DNA of 64,000 bases from Candidatus Spongiisociaceae bacterium. GTDB taxonomy: Bacteria > Actinomycetota > Acidimicrobiia > Spongiisociales > Spongiisociaceae. The position numbers and the translations under genes were made by a program. Under the pieces are notes generated by a model, which worked only from the letters and a program-made list of their open reading frames with translations, was not told the origin of the DNA and made no database searches. This document shows, one piece after another, positions 31,407 through 40,899 of this stretch. Location of the stretch: the NCBI GenBank assembly GCA_965202665.1, contig OZ241841.1, positions 416,001 through 480,000 of the forward strand. The letters run 5' to 3'. Within the stretch, counting starts at the first letter, position 1. Each line of letters starts with the position of its first letter.

Positions 31407-31836
31407 GCGGCCGGCCATCTCCTCCCCCGTTCCCCGGCCCGCCCCCGCCCCGGGGCCGCCGCCTGCTCCGGCCCGGCCCAGCGCGGGGAACCGGAAAGGC
31501 CGGCGCCGGACGGCGATTGCGGCGGCGGCGTCCGCGCTGGGGTTGACGTTGGCCGGGGCCGGGCTTCTCATTTTCCGGGAAAGTGTTTCCCCCGGCCCGC
31601 CCGCCGCCTCGGAGGTCCGCCGGATGGCGGCTCATCTGCAGGGGGCGTTCAACGCCGTTCTGCCCGATCCGGGCCTGGCGGTGGAATCAGTTCGGTTGCT
31701 GCATCCGATCCGAGGGCCGTGGCTGGTGGCGGCCGCCGACCCCGACGGGGAAATCCGCTTCTATCAGGTGACGATGACCCGCACCGCCGCCGACTGGTCC
31801 ATCACCGCCCGATTAACCGACCCGCGCCCCCCTTAA
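31399..31836 (+). CDS. Hypothetical membrane-anchored protein
   Basis: Overlaps LysM stop; one TM helix; GC-rich coding pattern. Confidence 0.55.
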   Translation: MDRRPAISSPVPRPAPAPGPPPAPARPSAGNRKGRRRTAIAAAASALGLTLAGAGLLIFRESVSPGPPAASEVRRMAAHLQGAFNAVLPDPGLAVESVRLLHPIRGPWLVAAADPDGEIRFYQVTMTRTAADWSITARLTDPRPP

Positions 31837-31837
31837 C

Positions 31838-32890
31838 TGTACTTGACCAGGGACGTTGGTGACGGTTCGGTTGTTGCATAGGTGAAGACCTCCTGGTGTT
31901 ATGGGGAGTGAAAAGCACCCTATAGCACGGGAGGAGGTCTTCAGGGATACATGGTAACGCGAGATCGTCGCCTTGGGACGTTTGGGGATGATGTTACGGG
32001 TAATAGAAGAAGGAGAGCCGGTAGCGCAGGTGGCTCGGCGGTGTGGGCATGTCCCGGTAGTGCGTGTCCAAATGGGTGCGCCGCTACCGGGAAGAAGGCC
32101 AAGCCGGTTTGGAAGACCGGTCGTCGCGGCCGCGCTGCTCCCCCACGCGCACCAGCCCGGAGGTGGAAGAGCTGGTGCTGCGGACGCGGCGGAAGTTGCG
32201 GGCGGGGCCCGCTCGGTTGTCGGCGTTTACGGGGGCGCCGGAGCGGACGATCAGCCGCATCCTCCGCCGCCACGAGATGTTGCGCCTGTGGGAACGCGAC
32301 CAGCTGACCGGCGAACCCCTCAAAACCCCTCCCGGGCCGGTGACACGGTATGAACGCAGCAGGCCGGGTGAGTTGCTACATATGGACGTCAAGAAGCTTT
32401 CATCCATACCCCCCGGCGGGGGATGGAAAATCCACGGCCGGGGCAACGCCCCCGCCGAAGGAGCGGAATGGACTTTTGCGCACTCCGTCGTGGACGACTA
32501 CACCCGCCTCGCCTACACCGAGCCGTTACCGGACGAGAAAGGAACCACCGTCGCCGCCTTCGCCGCCCGCGCCCTCCACCACTTCCGCCAACCAGGCATC
32601 ATCCACATCGCGGAGATCATGACCGACAACCACCGCAACTACACCCGTAGCCGCCTATTCGCTTCCCTGCTCGCCCAACACCACATCCGTCATATCACGA
32701 TCAAACCCTCTCATCCCCAGCAGAACGGCAAAGTAGAACGATACAACCAAACCCTCAAACCCAACTGGGCCAACTCCCAACCCTGGCCCGACAACCAAAC
32801 CCTCCGCCACTGGCTCCACTACTACCACAACCACCGGCCCCACTACAGCCTCGGAGGCAAACCACCAACCCCAGACTGTAACCAACCGAC
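31838..32890 (+). mobile_element. Degenerate IS481-family element
   Basis: Left end TGTACTTGACCAGGGACGTTGGTGAC; only a vestigial right end (GTAACCAAC at ~32879); contains IS481 transposase remnants. Confidence 0.8.
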
Positions 32891-32921
32891 CCGCGCCCCC
32901 CTTAGCCGGGCAGGAAACTGA
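31947..32921 (+). pseudogene. IS481-family transposase, frameshifted
   Basis: KWVRRYREEG..GLEDRSSRP, PGELLHMDVKK, VDDYTR, TDN, NGKVER; N-terminal HTH split over other frames. Confidence 0.88.
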
Positions 32922-33306
32922 GGCGAACGGTGCGCAGAGGATTATCCCGGTTGGGATCCACCAGCGCCAGCGACTGCCAGATTCCCAAAGCCAGGCGGCC
33001 GTCCGTCACCGGGATGGTCAGGCTGGGCGACACGAAGGCGGGCAGAATATGGTCGGCCCCGTGCCCGGGGGAGCCGTGACGGTGGGCCCACCGGTCATCC
33101 CGGGGAAAGAGGGTTTGCAGATGGCCGGCCAGGTCCCGGTCGCTGCCCGCCCCCATTTCCAACAGGGCCACCCCGGCCGTGGCGTGCGGGACGAACACCG
33201 ACAGCAACCCGTCCCCCCGCCCGGCGGCGAAGTCGGCCGCCTGGCGGGTGATGTCGGCCACCGCCGTCTGCGAACCGGTGCGCACGGTGAAGGTCTCGGT
33301 TTCCAT
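32902..33306 (-). CDS. yjbQ: YjbQ (UPF0047) family protein
   Basis: FVPHATAG, HGADH, LGIWQS motifs. Confidence 0.9.
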   Translation of the reverse strand: METETFTVRTGSQTAVADITRQAADFAAGRGDGLLSVFVPHATAGVALLEMGAGSDRDLAGHLQTLFPRDDRWAHRHGSPGHGADHILPAFVSPSLTIPVTDGRLALGIWQSLALVDPNRDNPLRTVRLSFLPG

Positions 33307-33329
33307 CGTTGCTCCGCCGGCGGGCCGGG

Positions 33330-34301
33330 TCAGATGTTTTCGCCCATGAACAGTTCCGACACCGAACTGTCCATGAAGATGGCCTGCAGGGCTTCGGCCA
33401 GCACCGGCGCCACCGACAGCCGGGTCAGTTTTTCGAACTCCTGCACCTGGTCGCTGAGAGGCAAAGTGTTGGTCACCACCACCTCGTCGATCGGCGCCTC
33501 TTTCAGCAGGTCCAAGGCCGGGGGGGACAGCACCGGGTGGGTGGCGGCCACGGTCACGCTTTCCGCCCCCCGCTTGCGCAACAGTCGGGCCGCGTTTACC
33601 ACCGTTCCGGCGGTGTCGATCATGTCGTCCACGATGATGGCGTGGCGGCCTTTCACTTGGCCGATCACGGTCAAAGCCTTGGAGGTGTTGTGCACCGCGA
33701 CTTCACGGCGCTTGTGCACGAAAGCCACGTAGGCGTTTAGATGGCGGGCGTACCGTTCCGCCCTTTTCACCCCGCCCGCGTCGGGGGAGACCACGGTGGC
33801 GGGGCCTTCCAACTTTTCGGTCAGGTAGTCCACCATCAGCGGCAGGGCGGTCAGATGGTCGAACGGCTTGGGAAAAAACCCCTGAATCTGGCCGGTGTGC
33901 AGATCCACCGAAACGATGCGGTCCGCCCCGGCCGCCACGAACAGGTCGCCGATCAGCCGGGCGGAGATCGGTTCGCGGGGCAGCACTTTTTTGTCGGCCC
34001 GGGCGTAGCCGAAAAAGGGCACCACGGCCGTTATCCGATGGGCGGAGGCCCGTTTCAGGGCGTCCAACAGGATCAGCTGTTCCATGATGTGGAAGTTGAC
34101 TTCGGGGGCGTGGCTCTGCAAAACGAAGCAATCCACTCCCCGAACCGACTCCACCGGACGGGCGTAAACCTCGGAGTTGGAAAACCGGGACAGCTCCAGT
34201 TTGCCCAGCCGCACCCCCATCTCGTCGGCCACCTCCTGGGCCAGTTCGGGGTTGGCCGAACCGGAGAAGAGCATGAACCGGCGGCGGTTCACAAGTTCCA
34301 T
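33330..34301 (-). CDS. prs: Ribose-phosphate pyrophosphokinase
   Basis: PFFGYARADKK, DLHTGQIQGFF, VSPDAGG, VDDMIDTAGT. Confidence 0.98.
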   Translation of the reverse strand: MELVNRRRFMLFSGSANPELAQEVADEMGVRLGKLELSRFSNSEVYARPVESVRGVDCFVLQSHAPEVNFHIMEQLILLDALKRASAHRITAVVPFFGYARADKKVLPREPISARLIGDLFVAAGADRIVSVDLHTGQIQGFFPKPFDHLTALPLMVDYLTEKLEGPATVVSPDAGGVKRAERYARHLNAYVAFVHKRREVAVHNTSKALTVIGQVKGRHAIIVDDMIDTAGTVVNAARLLRKRGAESVTVAATHPVLSPPALDLLKEAPIDEVVVTNTLPLSDQVQEFEKLTRLSVAPVLAEALQAIFMDSSVSELFMGENI

Positions 34302-34304
34302 CGC

Positions 34305-35684
34305 TCATTCCTCCCGCTGGTTGCGTTCCCGGCGGCGTTGCGCGTATCCGGGTATTTCCTTTTGCGGGCTGCGTTCGATGCCCAAAGAACCCGCCGAAAC
34401 GTCTTTGGTGATGACCGAACCGGCCCCGGTGTAAGCCTCGTCTTCCACCGTGACGGGGGCCACCAAAACGTTGTTGGAGCCGATGTTCGCCCCCCGCCCC
34501 ACGGTGGTGCGGTGCTTTTGGTGTCCGTCGTAGTTGGCGGTTATGGTGCCCGCCCCCACATTGGCTTCTTCGCCGATGTCGGCGTCCCCCACGTAGGCCA
34601 AATGGGGGACTTTGGCCCCCCGCCCCACCCGGGACTGCTTGATTTCCACGAAAGTCCCCGCTTTGGCCCCTTCGCCCAGTTCGGCCCCGGCCCGCAGGGA
34701 AACGTAGGGGCCCACCCGCGCCCCCGGCCCGATCACGGCCCCTTCGGCCACGGCGTGGGTGATGCGGGCGTCTGCCCCCACCTCGGTGTCCCGCAACAGG
34801 ACGTCCGGACCGATCTCCGCCCCTTCCTCCACCGACGTGCCGCCTTCCAAATGCACCCCCGGGTAGAGGCGCACCGAGGAGGCCAGTTGCACCCCCACGT
34901 CGATGTAAACCCGGGAGGGGTCCAGCATCCACACCCCTTCCCGCATCCAAGCCTGGTTGATGCGGCGGCGGGTGATCTCCGCCACCCGGGCCAGCTGATC
35001 CTGGGTGTTCACCCCCGACAGTTCTTCGGCGGAGGTTTTGTAGGCGCTGATGGCGTGGCCCTCCTCCCCCAGGATGGACACCACGTCCGGTAGGTAGTAC
35101 TCGCCTTGGACGTTGTCGGCGGACACTTTTTCCAGGGCGTCCATGATGAATTCGGCGTCGAACACGTAAGCCCCGCCGTTGATCTCTTTGATCTCCCGTT
35201 CTTTGGTGGTGGCGTCTTTGTGCTCCACGATGCGCACCACCCGATCCCAGCCGTCCCGCACCACCCGCCCGTAACCGGCGGGGTTGTCGGCTTCGGTAGT
35301 GACGCAGGTGACGGCCGCCCCGGTGCGCCGATGCGTTTGGCTCATCGCCAGCAGGGTGCGGCTGGTGATGAGCGGCATGTCCCCCGACAGCACCACCACC
35401 TGATTCTCCCCGTCGATGGGGTCGGCCCGCAACGCGGTGAGCAGGGCGTGGGCGGTGCCCAGTTGCCGTTCCTGCACCACCGGACGGGCGTATTCGGGCA
35501 GGGAAGCCGCCACGTCCTGCGCGTCGGCTTTGATGATCACCACGATCCGCTGGGGTTCCAGCGGCACCACCGAGTCCAGCACCCAATGCAACATGGGCCG
35601 GCCGGCTACTCGGTGCAACACCTTGGGGATGCGCGCTTTCATGCGGGAACCGGGCCCGGCTCCCAGCACGACCACCTTCCTCAT
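34305..35684 (-). CDS. glmU: Bifunctional GlmU
   Basis: GAG.GSRMK..PKVLH, GYGRVVR, hexapeptide repeats, GAGTITANYDG. Confidence 0.97.
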   Translation of the reverse strand: MRKVVVLGAGPGSRMKARIPKVLHRVAGRPMLHWVLDSVVPLEPQRIVVIIKADAQDVAASLPEYARPVVQERQLGTAHALLTALRADPIDGENQVVVLSGDMPLITSRTLLAMSQTHRRTGAAVTCVTTEADNPAGYGRVVRDGWDRVVRIVEHKDATTKEREIKEINGGAYVFDAEFIMDALEKVSADNVQGEYYLPDVVSILGEEGHAISAYKTSAEELSGVNTQDQLARVAEITRRRINQAWMREGVWMLDPSRVYIDVGVQLASSVRLYPGVHLEGGTSVEEGAEIGPDVLLRDTEVGADARITHAVAEGAVIGPGARVGPYVSLRAGAELGEGAKAGTFVEIKQSRVGRGAKVPHLAYVGDADIGEEANVGAGTITANYDGHQKHRTTVGRGANIGSNNVLVAPVTVEDEAYTGAGSVITKDVSAGSLGIERSPQKEIPGYAQRRRERNQREE

Positions 35685-35731
35685 TGCCTAGTCGCTCTCC
35701 TTCGGGCGTTTGTCGGTGTTTTGCCAATCGG

Positions 35732-35803
35732 CTGGGGGGACAGGAATCGAACCCATACTTGCAGGACCAAAACCTGCCGTGCTGCCTGTTACACCACCCC
35801 CCA
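35732..35803 (-). tRNA. tRNA-Gln(TTG)
   Basis: TGGGGGG/CCCCCCA acceptor, GCAGG-TTTTGGT-CCTGC anticodon arm, GGTTCGATTCC; conserved position before glmU. Confidence 0.95.
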
Positions 35804-35850
35804 GGGCGGCGACGGCGCCATTCTACCCCCTGTCGGGGACGAACCGCCCT

Positions 35851-36756
35851 TTATTCTGAAACTGGGTCTTCTTCCACGGCCGCCCCCCGGGCGGCGGGGG
35901 CGGCGGAGAAGGCGGCCCGGGCCTCCTCCGGAACCAGCTCCAGCCCGGCGGCGGCCTCCTCCCGGTCGGCGAACAACCCGTACAAGGCGGGGCCGCTGCC
36001 CGACATCAGAACCGGACGATCCCAACGGTCCCGCAGTTCGGCCCGCCAGTCGTCGATTTCCGGGGCGAGCCGCGCCGCCGCCGGATACAGGTCGTTTCCC
36101 AACGGCCCGTATTCCCGCAGGGACGGCGGCAAATCTTTTTCTTGGGCGGCGCCCCCGGACGGCCGGGCCCCCCCGCCGTCGGCCAGGCCGTCCCAGGTTT
36201 CATACACCCGGGCGGTCGGCAACTCCACCGGGGGCACGGCAACCGTCGCCGTGAAATCGCCGGGGAGGGGAAGGGGAGGCCCCAGCCGTTCCCCGTAGCC
36301 GGCGACGAACCGCAGTCCCCCGTGCAGGCAGAACGGCACATCGGCCCCCACCCGGCCCGCCACTTCGTCCAGGTCGTATTCGCCGGGGCCGTCGGCGGCG
36401 GCGCCCGTCAAACGGCGGTAGGCGAGCAGGGCGGCGGCGGCGTCGGAGCTGCCTCCCCCCAAACCGGCCGCGGACGGGATTCTTTTCAGCAGTTCGGCTT
36501 CCACCGGCGCGCCCGCCCCGGCCGCCTCCCGCAAAGCGGAAATCGCTTTCCAGACCAGATTGTCCCCCCCTTCCGACAGATGGGGACCGCCGATAATGCG
36601 CAACCGGTCCCGGTCGCCGCGGCGCATGTACAGAAGGTCGCAGTGGTCCACGGTCAGGAAAAACCCGGACACCGGATGCAAGCCGGAGCCGTCCCGTTCC
36701 CCCACCCGCAGGGAAAGGTTGAGTTTGGCGGGGGCCCGGGCCCGCAACCCGGTCAT
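35851..36756 (-). CDS. ispE: 4-(cytidine 5'-diphospho)-2-C-methyl-D-erythritol kinase
   Basis: APAKLNLSL, KRIPSAAGLGGGSSDAAA, GADVPFC, MSGSGP. Confidence 0.96.
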   Translation of the reverse strand: MTGLRARAPAKLNLSLRVGERDGSGLHPVSGFFLTVDHCDLLYMRRGDRDRLRIIGGPHLSEGGDNLVWKAISALREAAGAGAPVEAELLKRIPSAAGLGGGSSDAAAALLAYRRLTGAAADGPGEYDLDEVAGRVGADVPFCLHGGLRFVAGYGERLGPPLPLPGDFTATVAVPPVELPTARVYETWDGLADGGGARPSGGAAQEKDLPPSLREYGPLGNDLYPAAARLAPEIDDWRAELRDRWDRPVLMSGSGPALYGLFADREEAAAGLELVPEEARAAFSAAPAARGAAVEEDPVSE

Positions 36757-37568
36757 GCCCCGACCGCCCCGGCCAATGCCAGAAACCGGTCGGCGGATAA
36801 TTCTTCGGCCCGCGCCCGGGGATCTATCCCAGCCTGTTCCAACAGGGATTCGGCGCGGTCGCCCAACTCGGTCCGCAACGAGGCGCGCAGCATCTTGCGG
36901 CGCTGGGCGAACCCGGCCGAAGCCAGCCGGGCCGCCCGGCTGCGCACCGGGTCGGGCGGGGCGGTGCGGGTGAAAGACACCACCGCCGACCACACGTTGG
37001 GCGGGGGCACGAACACCTGCGGCGGCGCCCGGAATTCCATCCGCGCTTCCCCGTAGAGGGCCATCACCGCGCTGGGAAACCCGTATCTCCCGGAGCCGGG
37101 GGCGGCGGTCAGCCGTTCCGCCACCTCCTGTTGCAGCATCACCGCCCCGCCCGCCAGGCCGGGGGCCTCCCGGAGCAATCCCAGCAGGATGGGGGTGCCC
37201 GCCCCGTAGGGCAGGTTGGCGGCCAGCCCCCAGCGGGGGGCAGTCATCGGCCCCGGCCCTTCCCAGCGGGTGGCGTCCTCGAAGCGCACCTCCGCCTCCC
37301 GCCCCGCCAGGGCTTCTTCCATAACCGGCCGCAGGCGGGTGTCTATTTCCACCGCGGTGACCGCGAATCCGGCTTCGGCCAACTCCCTGGTGAGGGTTCC
37401 GGTTCCCGCCCCGATTTCCAACACCGGGAAACCGGGCGGAAAGTCCAGCAGGGAGACAATTTTGCGGATGAGGTTGCGGTCCGCCAGGAAATGCTGACCC
37501 CACCGGCGGAGGGGGGTTACCCCGTGCCGGGCCAGCAGGCCGTTGATTTCGGTTCGGTTCTGGCTCAT
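36753..37568 (-). CDS. rsmA: 16S rRNA dimethyltransferase KsgA
   Basis: GQHFL, EIGAGTG.LT, ANLPY, QRRKMLR. Confidence 0.96.
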   Translation of the reverse strand: MSQNRTEINGLLARHGVTPLRRWGQHFLADRNLIRKIVSLLDFPPGFPVLEIGAGTGTLTRELAEAGFAVTAVEIDTRLRPVMEEALAGREAEVRFEDATRWEGPGPMTAPRWGLAANLPYGAGTPILLGLLREAPGLAGGAVMLQQEVAERLTAAPGSGRYGFPSAVMALYGEARMEFRAPPQVFVPPPNVWSAVVSFTRTAPPDPVRSRAARLASAGFAQRRKMLRASLRTELGDRAESLLEQAGIDPRARAEELSADRFLALAGAVGA

Positions 37569-38314
37569 CGGCTGAACACCTCCTCCGCCCGGGCCGAGGT
37601 GAGGCGGGCCACCGCGGAGGGATCCATCCCCCACACTTGCGCCAAGGCCTCCCCCACCAGGCTCACGTAGGCGGGCTGGTTGGGTTCCCCCCGGTGGGGC
37701 GGGGGGGCCAGATAGGGGGTGTCAGTTTCCACCAGGGCGCGTTCGGGGGGAATCTCCGCCACCCCCCGCCGCACCGTATCCCCAGTTGCGAAAGCCACCG
37801 GCCCGGCGAAGGAGAAAGTGACCCCCAAGTCGGCGAACCGGCGGGACCATTTCGGACCGCCCGTCCAGCAGTGCAACACCACCCACGGCCCCGCCCCTTC
37901 CCGTTCCAAAATGTCGTGCGTTTCCCGAAAAGCGTCCCGGCAATGGGTCACCAAAGGTTTACCGATCTGGATGGCGGCACGCAGGTGAGCGGTGAAACTT
38001 TCCACCTGCGCCGGGCGGGGGGACAGGTTGCGGTAGAAGTCGAGGCCCGTCTCCCCCACTGCGTCGGCTTCGTCCATCATCGCCCGCAGGCCGTCCCATT
38101 CCTCCGGGAAACGGGACGCTTCGTGCGGGTGCAGTCCGGCCGCAAACCGCACCCGCCCCGGAAAGTCCCGGGACAGGCGGCGGGCCGCCCGGCTGGAGGC
38201 CAAGTCGACTCCGGGAACCACCACCCATTTGACATGTCCGGCTTCTTCCAAAAGGCGGGCCGGGTCGCGCCCGTCCAGCTGCAAATGGCAATGCGTGTCC
38301 ACCCATTTTTCCAT
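37565..38314 (-). CDS. tatD: TatD family hydrolase
   Basis: DTHCHL, GLHPH, GETGLD, ETDTPYL. Confidence 0.95.
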   Translation of the reverse strand: MEKWVDTHCHLQLDGRDPARLLEEAGHVKWVVVPGVDLASSRAARRLSRDFPGRVRFAAGLHPHEASRFPEEWDGLRAMMDEADAVGETGLDFYRNLSPRPAQVESFTAHLRAAIQIGKPLVTHCRDAFRETHDILEREGAGPWVVLHCWTGGPKWSRRFADLGVTFSFAGPVAFATGDTVRRGVAEIPPERALVETDTPYLAPPPHRGEPNQPAYVSLVGEALAQVWGMDPSAVARLTSARAEEVFSR

Positions 38315-38458
38315 CCCCGACAAGGGTAGTGAATAACTTTTCAACCTGATTACCCTATCACCGGAACCCAACTTGCCGTCGGCAAAGGGCCTTGCGCGCC
38401 CCGCCCGGCGGAAAGGTTGGTAGCACGGATAAAGAAACAGGGAAGGAGCGGAGGACCA

Positions 38459-38743
38459 ATGTCAATGGGCATGTCCCGCAAGCTGGATGACTTGGGCCGC
38501 TTGGTTATACCCATCGAAACCCGGCGTATGCTCAGTATCCGCCGGGGGGACAAACTGGGCATCGAGGTGAACGGCAACACCATTGTCCTCACCAAGATGA
38601 CCCATTCGGTCACGGTAGGCCCCTTTGAGTTGGACGTGGACCGTCAGGCCCTGTCCAACTGGGTCGACCAGATGGTGGATGAGGTCGGCAGCGACGATCC
38701 GGAAGCAATCGCGGAGGAGATTCGCCGCCGACTAGGACTTTAG
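38459..38743 (+). CDS. AbrB/MazE/SpoVT-family DNA-binding protein (AbrB-like)
   Basis: RKLDDLGRLVIPIETRRML.I...D.L.I closely resembles the AbrB N-domain; GGAGG RBS. Confidence 0.88.
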   Translation: MSMGMSRKLDDLGRLVIPIETRRMLSIRRGDKLGIEVNGNTIVLTKMTHSVTVGPFELDVDRQALSNWVDQMVDEVGSDDPEAIAEEIRRRLGL

Positions 38744-38758
38744 GGCCATCCGAGCAGT

Positions 38759-38795
38759 ATTGGCCGCGCCCCGCCCCGGGGCGCGGCCAATCTTT
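38759..38795. terminator. Hairpin terminator between convergent genes
   Basis: 15-bp perfect inverted repeat ATTGGCCGCGCCCCG/CGGGGCGCGGCCAAT followed by CTTT. Confidence 0.7.
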
Positions 38796-38803
38796 CAGTG
38801 AAA

Positions 38804-40096
38804 CTAGGGGGCGGGCCCGGCGCGGGCGGGCGGTTTTACGGTTCTGGTCGAGGGCGGAGGGGCGTTGGGCGGTTTGCTCCGGGGCCGGGTTTGCCATCTT
38901 TTTCCATTTTTTTCCAATTCCAGGTTGTGTTCCTGCAACTGCCGGTGATGGGGCCCGCACAGCAAAGCCAAGTTGTCGATGTCGGTGGGACCCCCGTCGC
39001 GCCAGTCCAGCAGGTGATGCAAATCCGTCTGGTGGGAAGAAATGTCGCATCGGACGCATCCCCGATCCCGCACCGCGGCGGCCAGCCGTTGCGCGTCGTT
39101 GCCCAAGCGACGGCTGCGTCCCAGCCACAGCACCCGCCCGTCGCCGCCGAAGATAATCCCGCACACGTTGTCGTCCGGGGAGAGGTCCGCCAACAGGGAA
39201 GGCGGAACCGGCCCGCTGCCCAAAATCTCGCATGACCCGTCGGGGCGGGTCCCGTCCAACAACCCCAGGTCGGCCACTACCACCAACTGCGTAACCGCTT
39301 TACCCGACTTATTGTCGGGAAGGGGACGCATGGTGTCGGCGTCCCGGCCGGTCAACAGTTCCACCAAAGCGTCCGCCCGCCGTTGCGGGTTGGTGCGGAT
39401 GTCATCGGGATGAGCCTCCCCGCCGGAGTCGGCCCGCCGCAGATTCTCGGCGTGCAAGTCCAAGGCCTGCCGCACCTGCCCGAACCGGATGGGATCCAAC
39501 TCGGCGTGCAAGATTCCCATCCCGGTTCCCGGTTCGGTGAACATTTTCACTTTCCGCAGGCGCCGTTGCCGTTCCAGCAGTTTCTCCCCCCGGTCGGCGG
39601 AGTGGGCGTTGGCCCACTGCTTGGCCTCCTTGCGGAAATGGTCCGGGTTGGTTCGGGCGGCGTTCTCCAACAAGTCCCGGTTCTGATCGACCTGCGCCGC
39701 CCCGCACTCCCCCGCCGCCGCGGTCAGCGCCGTGGCGTTCTCCAAAGTGATCTCCCCCGCCTGCAACTTGGCCCGCGTGTTGGGCATCTCCTCCAACTTC
39801 TGCGCTACCCGTGAGAGGTGCTTGGCCCCATGGTTGGTCATGCCCAACTGGTCCCGCAACACATGGTCCGCCCCGGCCCCTCCGTCGGCGCGGCTCAGTT
39901 GTCCGGCCAAGTCGCATTTCAAAGAGGACACCTGGGCTTCCATCCGTTTCACCGTCTCCGCCAGCTCGCCCAACGCCGCCCGGGACAGGCCCGCCCCCAC
40001 CTGCCCGCGCAACTCAGCCACGGCGTCGGCGGTGGCGGCCTCGGCCCGCTGGCAGACCCGCCGCAACTTGTCGGTAATAGGGTTGTGCTGTTTCAT
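38804..40096 (-). CDS. DUF222 + HNH endonuclease (REP13E12-like)
   Basis: QRRADAL, LWLGRSRRL..QR.A..RDRGCVRC..HH...W.DGGPTDIDNLALLCGPHH. Confidence 0.92.
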   Translation of the reverse strand: MKQHNPITDKLRRVCQRAEAATADAVAELRGQVGAGLSRAALGELAETVKRMEAQVSSLKCDLAGQLSRADGGAGADHVLRDQLGMTNHGAKHLSRVAQKLEEMPNTRAKLQAGEITLENATALTAAAGECGAAQVDQNRDLLENAARTNPDHFRKEAKQWANAHSADRGEKLLERQRRLRKVKMFTEPGTGMGILHAELDPIRFGQVRQALDLHAENLRRADSGGEAHPDDIRTNPQRRADALVELLTGRDADTMRPLPDNKSGKAVTQLVVVADLGLLDGTRPDGSCEILGSGPVPPSLLADLSPDDNVCGIIFGGDGRVLWLGRSRRLGNDAQRLAAAVRDRGCVRCDISSHQTDLHHLLDWRDGGPTDIDNLALLCGPHHRQLQEHNLELEKNGKRWQTRPRSKPPNAPPPSTRTVKPPARAGPAP

Positions 40097-40106
40097 AGTG
40101 TTCACC

Positions 40107-40128
40107 ATAGTAAATAGAGGGTGTGACA
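40107..40128 (-). promoter_or_regulatory. PafBC/RecA-NDp-like promoter of the DUF222-HNH gene
   Basis: Minus strand TGTCAC-N10-TACTAT, 10 nt before the ATG at 40096. Confidence 0.55.
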
Positions 40129-40347
40129 TTTTTGGATTGTATAGGGTATAACCGATTAGAGAACTATATTATTCCCATATTCTACATTATTTAAAAATAT
40201 CTGTCAAATCGGAAGATGCCAGTAGTAGGAAAGGGCACAGGAAAAATCAAGGAACGGCGAGCGGGGGTGGAGGCGCCGATCCCGACCGCCAGTTTCCCGC
40301 CATGGGGCTGGCAACGGCTCGCGTTGGGCGGCGGGCTCTAAGAAAAC

Positions 40348-40790
40348 TTTTCGCGTTCTCGAAAAATTTAAAAATTCGGGGTACCCACCCACCCCCCGCC
40401 CACCCGCCCATAACATACGGCGATTTTTTGGAAAATTCAAGGGGGGCGATAGAGATATTTTTCGCGTTCTGGAATACCGCCGATGGCCACCGGCTTCCAG
40501 GTCAAGTTCCGCATGGGGCCACAGTGATATTTTTCGCGTTCTGGAATACCGGGGCCGCGAAGGCAACCGCCTGGGGTGTGCTTTCCGCACCCACCCCAAA
40601 CATCACGCCACTAGCCGAACCGGAACCGCGAAAGCAACCGCCAGAAGCATGCTCACCGCACCCACCCTAAACGTTGCGCCGCTGGCTGAACCGGAACCGC
40701 GAAGGCAACCGCCAGAAGCATGCTTGCCGTTTAGCCACCACTTCCTTTCCTCCGTCCGATGAGGCGCAACGCGAAGGCAATCGCCTGGGG
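40348..40790. repeat. Intergenic ~71-72-bp-period repeat array
   Basis: GATATTTTTCGCGTTCTGGAATACCG at 40454 and 40526 (degenerate copy ~40348); CGCGAARGCAAYCGCC units at ~40555, 40626, 40697, 40769. Confidence 0.85.
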
Positions 40791-40818
40791 CGTACTGCTG
40801 TTTCAGCCGTACACCGGG

Positions 40819-40884
40819 TCAGTGGCCGAATGCCTGCTGGGCGGGGGCGGCGGCCTCGTGGGGGTGTTGCAGGATGTTGTTCCA
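40819..40884 (-). pseudogene. Orphan duplicate of the 3' end of a DUF1156 methyltransferase gene
   Basis: Encodes WNNILQHPHEAAAPAQQAFGH*, matching the C-termini of the three upstream paralogs. Confidence 0.85.
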
Positions 40885-40899
40885 GATCCATAGGAAGGG

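Noticed and set aside
38804-40096. HNH protein as the cognate restriction endonuclease of the MTases
   Set aside because: It is a typical DUF222-HNH repeat-family gene with its own promoter, ~800 bp from the array; no direct evidence of partnership
40454-40790. CRISPR array interpretation of the ~72-bp-period repeats
   Set aside because: Only two exact copies of the 26-mer; in the second set the intervening sequences resemble each other (tandem duplication, not unique spacers); no cas genes in the window
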